This document shows, one piece after another, positions 33,942-43,816 of a DNA stretch of 64,000 nt. Under the pieces are notes generated by a model. That model was given only the letters and a program-made list of their open reading frames with translations. It did no database searches and was not told the DNA's origin. Every line of letters starts with the position of its first letter. Position 1 is the stretch's first letter. Source of the stretch: Truepera sp. (lineage in GTDB: Bacteria > Deinococcota > Deinococci > Deinococcales > Trueperaceae); NCBI GenBank assembly GCA_965218435.1, contig CBDCKW010000009.1, positions 2,080,001 to 2,144,000 of the forward strand. The letters are read 5' to 3'. The position numbers and the translations under genes are program-made.

Positions 33942-33963
33942 GCTTAAAGAGGGTTTTAATACC

Positions 33964-35238
33964 ATGACAGACGAACGTATTATCGTCGGGCTCGATATCG
34001 GTACGACCAAAATCTGTACCGTCATCGGTGAGGTGGCGAGCGACGGCGTATTAGACATTATCGGTGAGGGCACCGTTCCTAGTGACGGCCTGCGTAAAGG
34101 GGTCGTGGTCAATCTCGAGCGCACCATCGCCTCGGTGCGGCAGTCCATTGCCGCCGCCGAACGCGTCGCCGGGGTCGAGGTCAAAGACGCCTGGATCGGC
34201 GTCGCCGGGGGTCATTTGCGGGCATTCACCAGTCACGGCATGGCCGCGATTCGCCGGGGTCAACAGATCAGCGACGCCGACGTCGAGCGCACGATTGAAA
34301 ACGCTAGGGCGGTGCCTTTAGAGGCCAACATGGACGTCGTTCACGTGATCCCGCAAGAGTACGTGGTAGACGGACAAGACGGCATCAAAGACCCCGTGGG
34401 AATGAGCGGCGTGCGTTTAGAAGTTGACGTCCATATCGTTGCGGGTGCGCAAGGCCCGCTGCAAAATCTACGCCGCTGCGCCCAAGACGCGGGCGTCGAA
34501 GTAGACGGCATGGTTGTCCAGGCACTCGCGTCAGGGTTAGCGGTCTTAACTGACAGCGAACGTGAACTTACCACCGTCCTCATTGACATCGGCGGCGGCA
34601 CCACCGACGTGGGTGTGTTTCGGCGCGGCACGCTGACCGACTCCGCAGTCATTCCGCTGGGTGGCGACCATATCACCCAAGACATCTCGCAGCTGCTACG
34701 GATTCCACCCGACGAAGCTGAGCGCGTCAAGAAAAAGTACGGGGTCGCGCTGCCCGAACTCGCCGACCGCGAGGTCGAGTTGGAGGTCTCGCACCCCAAC
34801 TACACCTCATCCTTGACCACCTTTGAACTCGCGCAGGTGATTCGGCCGCGCGTGATGGAGATTTTAGACCTCGTGAAACGCGCGATCGAACAGCGGATGG
34901 GTGCCTTGGAACTTCTGGCCGGGAGCGTCGTCATTACCGGCGGCGGCGCTTTGATGCGCGGTACCGAGCAGGTCGCTACCGAACGCTTTCGTTTGCCCGT
35001 ACGGATCGGCAAACCGCTCAACGTCTCGGGCCTGGTTGACGTTGTCGCCAGCCCCGCCCACGCGACCGCCGTCGGGCTCGTGCGGCACGGGATGCAGCTC
35101 AAACGCGTCGGCACCGGCGGACGCGGATCACCGGTACGGGTTCGTAACCTACGGTCTGCGCGTCTGCCTGGTGAAGGGAGCGCCGGGTTGGGCCATTTTT
35201 TCGGCAGGGTTCGCAATTTTCTCAAAGATTTCTTTTAG
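33964..35238 (+). CDS. ftsA: cell division protein FtsA
   Basis: Motifs GLDIGTTK, PVGMSGVRLE, IDIGGGTT and VITGGG; amphipathic C-terminus LKDFF. Confidence 0.98.
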   Translation: MTDERIIVGLDIGTTKICTVIGEVASDGVLDIIGEGTVPSDGLRKGVVVNLERTIASVRQSIAAAERVAGVEVKDAWIGVAGGHLRAFTSHGMAAIRRGQQISDADVERTIENARAVPLEANMDVVHVIPQEYVVDGQDGIKDPVGMSGVRLEVDVHIVAGAQGPLQNLRRCAQDAGVEVDGMVVQALASGLAVLTDSERELTTVLIDIGGGTTDVGVFRRGTLTDSAVIPLGGDHITQDISQLLRIPPDEAERVKKKYGVALPELADREVELEVSHPNYTSSLTTFELAQVIRPRVMEILDLVKRAIEQRMGALELLAGSVVITGGGALMRGTEQVATERFRLPVRIGKPLNVSGLVDVVASPAHATAVGLVRHGMQLKRVGTGGRGSPVRVRNLRSARLPGEGSAGLGHFFGRVRNFLKDFF

Positions 35239-35334
35239 TCGTGGTGACTTTATTTTGTAGCTGGCCGAAGTTCAACTTAGCTAACAAGTTCTCCGGGATA
35301 TCCCGAATTGAAGCGCAACAGTGAGGAGCAAACA

Positions 35335-36402
35335 GTGATCAGTAACATTACAGAAAATGCCGTGATAAGGGTGATTGGTCTGGGCGGCGGCGGCAACAAC
35401 GCGGTCAACCGGATGATCGAAGCGGGCTTGGAGGGCGTGCAGTTTATCGCCGCGAATACCGACGCGCAGGTCTTAACGACGAGCCTGGCCGACACCCGGA
35501 TTCAGATGGGCGACCACCTGACGAAAGGTCTCGGAGCCGGGGCCAACCCGGAGATTGGCGAAAAGGCCGCCGTCGAAGACCGCGACCGTATCGCTGAACA
35601 GCTGCGCGGCTCGGACCTCGTCTTTATCACCGCCGGAATGGGCGGCGGGACCGGAACAGGCAGCGCCCCTATCGTGGCTGAAGTTTCGCGCGAGCAGGGT
35701 GCGCTCACCGTCGCGGTTGTGACCACACCGTTTCAGTTTGAAGGCCCCAACCGGATGCGTCAGGCTGAAGAGGGTTTGCGGAAGCTCGAGGACAAAGTTG
35801 ACGCGCTGATCGTCGTAGAAAATCAGCGCCTGTTGTCGGCCTTGGACCGTAAGGTCAAGTTGTCCGACGCTTTTCGGGTCGCCGACCGCGTGCTCTACTA
35901 CGGCGTCAAAGGGATCAGCGACGTGATCAACAAGTCGGGCCTCATCAACGTTGACTTTGCCGACGTGCGGGCGCTCTTATCGGGCGCGGGTACTGTCTTG
36001 ATGGGGATCGGTTCAGGGCGCGGTGAGCACTTGGTCGAAGAAGCGGCCAACAGCGCGACGCATTCGCCGCTGCTGGCTAGGGGCGTCGAGGGTGCCCATC
36101 AGCTCTTGGTCAACATTACCGGTTCCGAAGAGTTGACGCTTTTTGACGCGCACGAAATCGTCGAAAAGATCAGCGAAGCTACCGAAGTCGAAGACCCGAA
36201 CGTCTTGTTCGGCGTCGCCTACGACGAAGCCGCGGGCGACGAAGTGCGGGTGACTGTGATCGCCGCCGGCTTTGACCACGCCGCGCAGCCCAAGATTTTA
36301 CGTCCGGCCCAGCTTCGCACCGCCATCGGTGGGGGCCGCAGCTACGACCCGACCAACTTCGACATCCCGGCGTTTTTACGGTACAACCCCGACGAGAACT
36401 GA
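35335..36402 (+). CDS. ftsZ: cell division protein FtsZ
   Basis: GGGGNNAV, tubulin signature [17 protein letters not shown] and C-terminal DIPAFLR. GTG at 35335 after GAGGAG. Confidence 0.99.
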   Translation: MISNITENAVIRVIGLGGGGNNAVNRMIEAGLEGVQFIAANTDAQVLTTSLADTRIQMGDHLTKGLGAGANPEIGEKAAVEDRDRIAEQLRGSDLVFITAGMGGGTGTGSAPIVAEVSREQGALTVAVVTTPFQFEGPNRMRQAEEGLRKLEDKVDALIVVENQRLLSALDRKVKLSDAFRVADRVLYYGVKGISDVINKSGLINVDFADVRALLSGAGTVLMGIGSGRGEHLVEEAANSATHSPLLARGVEGAHQLLVNITGSEELTLFDAHEIVEKISEATEVEDPNVLFGVAYDEAAGDEVRVTVIAAGFDHAAQPKILRPAQLRTAIGGGRSYDPTNFDIPAFLRYNPDEN

Positions 36403-36537
36403 GCAGACTTGGGTATCTAAGTCATGGGGTGTCTGAGTTATAGGGTGTCTGGTGGTCCGTCCGTCAGCTGAGGCACCCTTTAGACAGTACGTTTCACGTC
36501 ATAGTAACGGTATGAGCTTCGTAACGAGCGTGCCTTT

Positions 36538-37059
36538 GTGACGCGGGAAACCATCTACGACGGCAAGGTCATCCGGGTCAGCAAACTTGCAGGGCGTTGG
36601 GAAATCGTTGAACACGTCCCAGCCGTTGCGGTTTTAGTGCTGCGCGGGCAAGGCGAGAGCACCGAGGTGCTGCTCGTATCACAAGCGCGTCCGGCTATCG
36701 GCCAAAAGACGTGGGAGCTGCCCGCAGGGCTCGTTGACGAGGGGGAAACGCCGCAAACAGCCGCTGCGCGTGAACTCGCAGAAGAGGTCGGTCTCGGCGG
36801 CACGCTGACGCTGCTGGCCGAGGTGTTCTCGAGCCCCGGTTTTACCGACGAAAAGGTCTATCTCTTCGGGGCGACCGAGCTCTTTGACCGTAAACTCCCC
36901 GGCGACGAAGATGATGACTTTGAAGTTGCTTGGAAGCCGCTGTTAGAGACCTGGCAAAGTATCGCCGGTGGCACCGTGGCGAGCAGCGCCCCGACGCTGC
37001 TCGGCCTCACCTTGGGACTGTACACCTACGCCCTCGGGCAACGCGGCAGCTTGCCTTGA
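36538..37059 (+). CDS. NUDIX hydrolase (ADP-ribose pyrophosphatase-like)
   Basis: Nudix box GLVDEGETPQTAAARELAEEVG and SPGFTDE. Confidence 0.9.
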   Translation: MTRETIYDGKVIRVSKLAGRWEIVEHVPAVAVLVLRGQGESTEVLLVSQARPAIGQKTWELPAGLVDEGETPQTAAARELAEEVGLGGTLTLLAEVFSSPGFTDEKVYLFGATELFDRKLPGDEDDDFEVAWKPLLETWQSIAGGTVASSAPTLLGLTLGLYTYALGQRGSLP

Positions 37060-37949
37060 AGGTCGTCTCTACTCCGGACGACTTAGACCTGCGCGGCTGC
37101 GCCCTCTGCATCGGTAACTTCGACGGTGTTCACCTGGGCCATCAGCTCTTGCTCCGGCGGTTGCAAGAGGTCGCGGCAGAAACGGGCGCACCGGGCGTGG
37201 TCATCACCTTTTTTCCCCCGGCGAAGGTTGTCTTTCGGGGGAAGCCTTATCTCTCCTCCGCCGCCGAAAAACTCTATCTACTAGGCGCTTTTAACCCGGA
37301 CGCCGTGGTGATGACACCCTTTAGTTTGGCGTACGCCGAGACGCCCAAAGAACACTTTCTCGGTGAGCTGGCGCGGCTCCGTCCCAAGCACCTGATTGTC
37401 GGTGAAGATTTCCGGTTTGGGCATAGGCGCACGGGCGGGTTAGACGATCTGCAACACGTGACCGAACGCCTCGAGGTCTTTAGTTTAGAGCGCCTTGAAG
37501 AGGAACCGATCAAATCGTCCCACATCCGCGAGCTGCTGCAAGCGGGCCGCGTAGAAGAAGCGCGTAGATTTTTGGGCTACAGCTACCTTGTCTTTGGCAA
37601 GGTCGTTCAAGGTGACAAACGTGGGCGCACGATCGGCTTTCCTACGGCGAACCTCGAGCTGTCCCCAGAGAAGGCGCTCCCCCTCGGCGTGTTTGCCGTC
37701 ACTGCCGAAACTCCCCAAGGCCGTTTTACGGGGATGGCCAACGTCGGGCCGCGCCCCTCGTACCCGGACGCACCCCCGGCGCTCGAGGTGCATCTTTTTG
37801 ATTTTGACGGCGACCTCTACGGCCAAACCCTGCGCGTCTCATTCGAGTATTTTCTTAGGGCACAAAAAAAGTTCAGCGGGTTGGACGCGCTTACGGCGCA
37901 GCTGACTAAAGATAAAGACCAAGCGAAAAAACTTCAAGCACCAGCCTGA
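37056..37949 (+). CDS. ribF: bifunctional riboflavin kinase/FAD synthetase
   Basis: Motifs GNFDGVHLGH, VGEDFRFG, GRTIGFPTAN and EVHLFDF. The TTG at 37056 overlaps the upstream stop. Confidence 0.96.
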   Translation: MKVVSTPDDLDLRGCALCIGNFDGVHLGHQLLLRRLQEVAAETGAPGVVITFFPPAKVVFRGKPYLSSAAEKLYLLGAFNPDAVVMTPFSLAYAETPKEHFLGELARLRPKHLIVGEDFRFGHRRTGGLDDLQHVTERLEVFSLERLEEEPIKSSHIRELLQAGRVEEARRFLGYSYLVFGKVVQGDKRGRTIGFPTANLELSPEKALPLGVFAVTAETPQGRFTGMANVGPRPSYPDAPPALEVHLFDFDGDLYGQTLRVSFEYFLRAQKKFSGLDALTAQLTKDKDQAKKLQAPA

Positions 37950-38127
37950 CCTATGCAAAAAGCATCTTCAACGCTCTGCCCGGTCGCCTGATTAGTAGAA
38001 GTCACGGCGTGAAGAAGTCAAGCTAACACGCCCACACCAATTTACAAACAGGCTTACAAACAAAGATAGCACCTCCCTAGAGAGCTGCTAGAACCCTAGA
38101 AAATCTGTCTAGAACATAATTTGGAAA

Positions 38128-38214
38128 TGGTGCCGAGAGCGGGACTTGAACCCGCACGCCCGTAAGGGCAACAGATTTTAAGTCTGCAGCGTCTACCGAT
38201 TCCGCCATCCCGGC
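38128..38214 (-). tRNA. tRNA-Leu (anticodon TAA)
   Basis: Reverse complement GCCGGGATGGCGGAATCGGTAGACGCTGCAGACTTAAAATCTG...GGGTTCAAGTCCCGCTCTCGGCACCA. 87 nt, long variable arm, encoded CCA. Confidence 0.97.
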
Positions 38215-38373
38215 GCAAAGGGCAGTATACGTGCTTGACGTAAGAAGCGTCAACGCCCCAACCCGTCTGTCCACGGGTAAAAATAGCGGGCGCAGCCCAG
38301 CTATATTTCAAACGCACGCAGGTAGATTGCGTACAATAGGGAAACGGCTTAGGGAGGGGCAATAGTGACCGGA

Positions 38374-39873
38374 ATGACCGAACGAAAAGAGCTGGAAGAA
38401 AAGAAAATCGGCACGCTGCAAAAAGCCTTGGAGATTAACCTCGAGCGCAGCAAGTACGGGACGTTTGCTGAAATTGGCGCAGGCCAAGAGGTCGTGCGCT
38501 GGTTTTTCCAGGCGGGCGCAGCCGCTGCGACCATTGCCAAATCGATGTCAGCGTACGACATGACCGTGAGCGACGCGATTTATGGACACTCGAAACGCTA
38601 CGTCTCCCGTGACCGTTTAGAGACGATGCTCACCTACGAATACGACCTGCTGATCGAGCGCCTAAACAGCCGTCAGGCCGACACCGAGTTTTTCGTCTTT
38701 GCCAACACGGTCGTCGCGCGCGGCTTTAAGGCCGGGGGCGAGTACCACGGCTGGATGGGCATCACGTATCAAGGCGAACCGGGAGCCGAACCCAACCGCA
38801 TCGTCATTCACGTACGGATGCTCGACAAAGAGACCTTAGCGCAGCAAGAGGCGCTCGGGATTTTGGGCGTCAACCTCATCTACGCGGCGCTCAACTACCA
38901 AGATGACGGCGAACCCGACGAGCTGATGCGGAGCCTGTTAGACGACCTTAGTACCGAACGCGTCGAAGTCGATATGATCGCCTTTTCAGGGCCGCAGTTT
39001 CACGGCATCGACCACCGCTTGACCGCACTTAAACTCGTGCAGTTAGGACTCAGCGACGCCGCCATGTTCTCCGCGCAAGGTGAGGTGTTTCAGCCCTCGG
39101 AAGTGCTGTACAAAAAGTCTATTTTGGTCGAGCGCGGCTCGTTTCGGCCCGTAACGCATGTGAACTTGGATATGATCGAATGCGCCCGGGGCCAGTTTGA
39201 AGGGCAACTCGGCGAGGGTGACGGCGAGACCGTCGAGGTCATGGAAATTACCATGAGAAACCTGCGCGCCGCCGGGGACATCGACTACGACGACTTTTTA
39301 GCCCGCGCCGATGTGCTCGCGTCCACTGGGGCGACGGTGCTCGTGTCAAATTACTTTGAATACTACCGTTTAGCCGCCTATTTGCGGCGCTACACCAAAA
39401 AGCCGATTGCCATTACGATGGGGATTCCCAGCTTGAAAGAGCTGTTTAACGAAACATTTTACGACAACCTCGCCGGGGGCATTTTAGAGTCGTTCGGGCG
39501 GCTGTTCAAAAACGATACGCGTTTGTATATCTATCCGCTGCAAGACAGCGAAACCGGTAGGCTCACAACCGTCCAAAAACTCAAAGTCGAACCCCACCTG
39601 CGCAATTTATACGCGCACTTAGTTGAAAACGGCTACATCGAATCGATTGACTTTTACAATAAAGACTTTTTACACATCTTTTCGCGTGACGTACTCGCAA
39701 AAATTGCTGCGCATGACCCGTCTTGGGAAGAGATGGTGCCGCTTCAGGTGGCTGAGCTGATTAAAGAGCGTCACCTGTTCGGCTACGCGCCGCAAAAAGA
39801 TTTGCCCCCGGCAGAAACGTCTCAGGCAGAACCCGCACCTGCAGAGGCGTCTCAAGCCGAGACGCCCACGTAG
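38374..39873 (+). CDS. uncharacterised protein with a C-terminal nucleotidyltransferase-like domain
   Basis: N-terminal YGTFAEIGAGQEV...KSMSAYDM and C-terminal VERGSFRPVT, similar to the NMNAT/cytidylyltransferase GSFxP motif. Acidic and soluble, with no signal peptide. Confidence 0.6.
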   Translation: MTERKELEEKKIGTLQKALEINLERSKYGTFAEIGAGQEVVRWFFQAGAAAATIAKSMSAYDMTVSDAIYGHSKRYVSRDRLETMLTYEYDLLIERLNSRQADTEFFVFANTVVARGFKAGGEYHGWMGITYQGEPGAEPNRIVIHVRMLDKETLAQQEALGILGVNLIYAALNYQDDGEPDELMRSLLDDLSTERVEVDMIAFSGPQFHGIDHRLTALKLVQLGLSDAAMFSAQGEVFQPSEVLYKKSILVERGSFRPVTHVNLDMIECARGQFEGQLGEGDGETVEVMEITMRNLRAAGDIDYDDFLARADVLASTGATVLVSNYFEYYRLAAYLRRYTKKPIAITMGIPSLKELFNETFYDNLAGGILESFGRLFKNDTRLYIYPLQDSETGRLTTVQKLKVEPHLRNLYAHLVENGYIESIDFYNKDFLHIFSRDVLAKIAAHDPSWEEMVPLQVAELIKERHLFGYAPQKDLPPAETSQAEPAPAEASQAETPT

Positions 39874-39883
39874 GGAGAATTAG

Positions 39884-39912
39884 AAAGCATAGGTCGTGTC
39901 GATCTATGCTTT
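39884..39912. terminator. hairpin, likely terminator
   Basis: AAAGCATAG...CTATGCTTT inverted repeat immediately after the stop codon. Confidence 0.55.
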
Positions 39913-40093
39913 GGTGATCACAGCTTAAGCGTGTTGGCGGCGCGCTCTTCTCAGCCTGACCAGCGACTTTTCAATTCTTTATTCTGGATTCTTCGGCAGG
40001 GCACACTGCAAACCCCTCCAGTTGGTCTTAAAATTGTCAGTAGCGCCCACGCCTTCCCTACCCGGTGTACGCAAAGGTATGCGAGACTAAAGC

Positions 40094-40810
40094 ATGGACC
40101 TTTCCAACGCGCAGCAAATGGACCTGACCGCGCTCTATTACGGCGCTTTTTTAGTACATAGCCGCGGCGACGACGCCTGGTATTTATACAGTGAGGGCGA
40201 GACCGCCGATCAGGTTGACGTTTCGGACGCCGAGGACTACGTGGCGCGTGGCTGGGTTGAGCGCCAAGGCTTTGAAAGCTCGGTTGACCTCGAGCTTTAC
40301 GCGCTCACCGGCGCAGGTCAAGAGACGATTGAGCCTTACCTCGAGGCCGAGGCGGAGGCGGGGGGCGGCGAACCGGGCGCACGGCTGCTGCTCGCTGCCA
40401 CTGCCGGGGAACGCGACTATCTGCTCTCGGTACCGATTTCGCCTGAAGACATCGAAACGCTCCGGCGGCGCTTTGTCCTGGCTGAAACCCTCTCGGCGGC
40501 GGACGATGACTTTGTCGCACTCGAGTACGGTACCGACGTCTCGGCTTATGACGCTGAACATAACGACGAAATCCGTGAGCTGCGCGCCGAGGCGCGGGGG
40601 GCAGCCCTGCTAGCGACCTTGCCGGATGATTTTGCAGCGGAGGCAGAACTCACATTAAGCTGGGCGAGCGTTCTGGTCAGCGAATCGGGGTTTGCCTACG
40701 CCGCCGGAACCGAAGCCGGAGAACGGCTCGAGACCGACGAACTCACCGAAGACGAGCTGATGACTCTCGCCATGACGCTCCTCACCGACGAGCCTCTCAC
40801 TCAAGCCTAG
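40094..40810 (+). CDS. hypothetical highly acidic protein
   Basis: 238-aa ORF with host-like codon usage, rich in D/E. No motif recognised. Confidence 0.7.
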   Translation: MDLSNAQQMDLTALYYGAFLVHSRGDDAWYLYSEGETADQVDVSDAEDYVARGWVERQGFESSVDLELYALTGAGQETIEPYLEAEAEAGGGEPGARLLLAATAGERDYLLSVPISPEDIETLRRRFVLAETLSAADDDFVALEYGTDVSAYDAEHNDEIRELRAEARGAALLATLPDDFAAEAELTLSWASVLVSESGFAYAAGTEAGERLETDELTEDELMTLAMTLLTDEPLTQA

Positions 40811-40842
40811 CTGCGCGGCCCTGGGCAAGCTAAGATAGCCCT

Positions 40843-41910
40843 ATGAGCGTACGCCCAAACGTGCGGGCGGCGCGGGCGTATCACTTTACCCCGCGCCCCG
40901 CCCGCACTAAACTCGACCAAAACGAATCGCCCTATGATTTGCCGCCTGAACTTAAAGCCGAGGTTTGGGAGAGATTGCAACGCACGCCTTGGAACCGCTA
41001 CCCCGAACTTGCCGCCGAGTCTTTGTGCGCCGCCATCGCCCGTTTTCACGGGTGGGACGAAGCGGGCGTTGTCGTCTCGAGCGGTTCCAACGTCCTTATT
41101 CAAGCGTTCGTCGCGGCGTGCGGGATTTCTCAGCGGGTCTTGAGCGTCAGACCCACCTTCGCGGTTTACGGCGAACAGGCGCAACTCTTAGGTGCGCCGC
41201 TGACCGAAGTGGCGCTCGGTGAGGATTTCGGGTTGCCTGTCGAGGAACTCTTAGCTGAGCTCAAACGCGGCCCCGGCGTCTTTTTTCTGGCAAACCCAGC
41301 CGCGCCCACGGGCAACGTGCTTCCCAGAGCTGAGCTGATAGCTCTGACCGAGGCTGCCGCGCCGGATTGGACCCCCGTGTTTGACGAGGCGTATCAGCAG
41401 TTCACCGACGCCGACCTCTTACCGCTAGTAAGGGACAACGCGCATACGGCGTCCTTAAGGACCTTTAGCAAAGCGTTTGGGTTAGGCGGCGTCCGGCTCG
41501 GTTACGCGCTGATGAGTCCCGACCTGGCACAAAACATTCAAAAGCTCCTTCTTCCCTTTTCGGTGTCGGCGCTGCAGATTGCCACCGGTTTGACTGTTCT
41601 AGAACACCCCGAATACGTCGCAGCTAGGGCCGCCGAAGCCAAACGTGAACGTGAGGTGCTCTTTCGTGAGCTGCAAGCTTTGCCCAATCTGACGGTGTAC
41701 CCGTCCCAAACGAACTTTCTCCTCTTTCACGTAGAAGACGCCGAAACCTTTTTTAACGCTCTCTTAGAGCAAGGCATCCTCATCCGGCGACAAGACCACC
41801 TGCCAGGCTTAGGGGGCTGCTTGCGCGTCTCGGTCGGCACACCCGAAGAGAACAGCGCGTTTCTCGCGGCAGTAAAAAAGGTCAGTGAGGCGGTGATGGT
41901 GCGTGGCTAG
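40843..41910 (+). CDS. hisC: histidinol-phosphate aminotransferase
   Basis: Motifs KLDQNESP, NRYP, DEAY and RTFSKAFGLGGVRLGY (PLP lysine). Followed by hisB and hisH. Confidence 0.94.
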   Translation: MSVRPNVRAARAYHFTPRPARTKLDQNESPYDLPPELKAEVWERLQRTPWNRYPELAAESLCAAIARFHGWDEAGVVVSSGSNVLIQAFVAACGISQRVLSVRPTFAVYGEQAQLLGAPLTEVALGEDFGLPVEELLAELKRGPGVFFLANPAAPTGNVLPRAELIALTEAAAPDWTPVFDEAYQQFTDADLLPLVRDNAHTASLRTFSKAFGLGGVRLGYALMSPDLAQNIQKLLLPFSVSALQIATGLTVLEHPEYVAARAAEAKREREVLFRELQALPNLTVYPSQTNFLLFHVEDAETFFNALLEQGILIRRQDHLPGLGGCLRVSVGTPEENSAFLAAVKKVSEAVMVRG

Positions 41911-42484
41911 AGCGGCCCAGATCAAACGTGTCACGAATGAGACGCAGCTCGAGGTCACCTTAGACCTGGACGCACCCGCGGGCGGTGCGGCGGCGACCGG
42001 GCACGGCTTCTTGGACCATATGTTAGAGCAGCTCATCCGTCACGGCGCGTTTGCGCTCTCCGTTAAGGGACAGGGCGACCTGCACGTAGATGTGCATCAC
42101 TTAGCCGAGGACACCGGCATCACCCTCGGACAGGCGTTTGCCGAAGCTTTAGGCGACAAAAAAGGTATCGCCCGTTACGCCGACGCCTTCATCCCGATGG
42201 ACGAAACACTCGCCCACGTCGTGCTCGATTTTTCCGGACGACCCTGGTTGTCGTTTGAGCCCGCCGGGTTTGAAGGCAGCGCGGGCGGCTTCAACGTTCA
42301 CCATCTGCGCGAACTCTTACGTGGGTTTTGCAACCACGCAGGCGTGACGATGCACGTACGGGTGCTCTCAGGTATTGAGGTCCATCACGTCAGCGAAGCG
42401 ATTGTGAAGGCGTGGGCGCGGGCGCTGCACGAAGCGACGCGCGTCGTTTCGGATACGCTGCCGTCAACCAAAGGAACCTTGTGA
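41903..42484 (+). CDS. hisB: imidazoleglycerol-phosphate dehydratase
   Basis: Motifs GFLDHML, DVHHLAED, PMDE, HHVSEA and PSTKG. Confidence 0.97.
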   Translation: MARAAQIKRVTNETQLEVTLDLDAPAGGAAATGHGFLDHMLEQLIRHGAFALSVKGQGDLHVDVHHLAEDTGITLGQAFAEALGDKKGIARYADAFIPMDETLAHVVLDFSGRPWLSFEPAGFEGSAGGFNVHHLRELLRGFCNHAGVTMHVRVLSGIEVHHVSEAIVKAWARALHEATRVVSDTLPSTKGTL

Positions 42485-43131
42485 GCAGGGTGAACGTCGC
42501 GCTGCTCGATTACGGCGCGAGCAATCTGCACAGCGTTTTCAAGGCATTACAGCGCAGCGGAGCTGAGGTCACTATCGCAGCTGACCCTACCGTCGTAGAA
42601 CGGGCCGACGCGCTCGTGTTACCGGGGCAAGGGCACTTTCGGCAGGTGATGGAAGCGTTTTTGGCGTCCGGCTTTGAAGGGGTGGTGCGGGCGCACATCG
42701 CAGCGGAAAAGCCTTTTTTGGGTATCTGTGTGGGGTTGCAGCTGTTGATGAGTGGGTCTGAAGAAGCTCCCGGCGTACCGGGGCTGGGACTTTTACCCGG
42801 CACCGTTAAACGCTTTCCCAAAGGCGTCAGCGTCCCGCAGATGGGTTGGAATCAGCTTTTTAAGACAGGTGACCCGGCACTCTTAGAAGGCATTCCCGAC
42901 GGCGCATTCGCCTATTTTGCCAACTCGTACTATGTCGAGTTTGAGGGCGAAAGCGTTCCGGGTGCGACGACCGAATACGGCGGTGTAGCGTTTAAGAGTG
43001 CGGTTTCTGCGGGGCAGCTTTACGCCACGCAGTTTCACCCGGAGAAAAGTCAGACAGTTGGGCTCAAGGTACTGGCGAACTTTTGTGCGCTGGCTTTGGG
43101 CTCCCAACCTGCCGCATCAGCAAAAGTTTAG
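42481..43131 (+). CDS. hisH: imidazole glycerol phosphate synthase glutaminase subunit
   Basis: Motifs DYGASN, LPGQG, GICVGLQ, PQMGWN and QFHPEKS. The GTG at 42481 overlaps the hisB stop. Confidence 0.96.
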   Translation: MSRVNVALLDYGASNLHSVFKALQRSGAEVTIAADPTVVERADALVLPGQGHFRQVMEAFLASGFEGVVRAHIAAEKPFLGICVGLQLLMSGSEEAPGVPGLGLLPGTVKRFPKGVSVPQMGWNQLFKTGDPALLEGIPDGAFAYFANSYYVEFEGESVPGATTEYGGVAFKSAVSAGQLYATQFHPEKSQTVGLKVLANFCALALGSQPAASAKV

Positions 43132-43270
43132 TGCGGCCTCGAGACAATCCTTCACACTTTTATTCGCTCGAGGCAGCAGGTAGGTAAAACAGCAGATCGA
43201 GCGCGGGGAGTTTAATGCCTTGCTTGCATCCGCACGAGCGTGATAGCAAAGATACCCTTCGCCTAAGTGC

Positions 43271-43816
43271 TCATAGCCCAGCGCCGCCAAGCCGCTTGAT
43301 TTCTCGGTCCGCCAGATAAAACAGCAAGTCGAGCGTAGGGGGTTGAATGCCTTGTGTGCGCAGCAGCGCAGCAATCTGCGCGGTGTGACGCATCTCATGA
43401 ATGGCCACGTGCCACAGCAAACCGTCTACCGTAAACTGCAACCCTCGCCAGTCCTCCGGGGTGACGGCCCGACCCAAGTCAGCGTCAGTCAGTGTGGGTA
43501 GGAAGTTCAGGGTGTTCTCTTCGACAGCTTGCCAGTAGCGCAGCAGCTCCACAAGAGGCGTATGGGCTGGCATGGGGCCTTCGGCGATGGCCTCGAGCTC
43601 AGGAAAGCGCTTCAGCACAGGCTCGCGCTCCCGAATATCGAGGTTGACCCAGCCATCTTCGACGATAGCGATATGTAAAACGAGGTCCTTGATACTATGA
43701 AAGCGCTCGCCCTGGAGCAGCGGAAGGGCTAGAACGTCGTCGGGGAGTGCCTCGAGCGCCGCCCACACCTTCCGGCGGTTCGCCGTGAGGTAGTCGTAGG
43801 TTTCAGAAATGTTCAT
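43271..43816 (-). CDS. DinB/YfiT-family protein
   Basis: Metal triad: SIKDLVLHI...E and HVAIHEMRHTAQI. Confidence 0.9.
   Translation of the reverse strand: MNISETYDYLTANRRKVWAALEALPDDVLALPLLQGERFHSIKDLVLHIAIVEDGWVNLDIREREPVLKRFPELEAIAEGPMPAHTPLVELLRYWQAVEENTLNFLPTLTDADLGRAVTPEDWRGLQFTVDGLLWHVAIHEMRHTAQIAALLRTQGIQPPTLDLLFYLADREIKRLGGAGL

Noticed and set aside
21900..36402. Absence of murE and ddl from the dcw cluster as a novelty
   Set aside because: ddl is present at 51861, and dispersal of these genes is common. Only the content of the gap is reported.
37950..38127. Integrated element at the tRNA-Leu 3' end; four short CTAGA repeats
   Set aside because: No integrase and no duplicated tRNA 3' end in the window. 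The 5-mers are too short to be significant.
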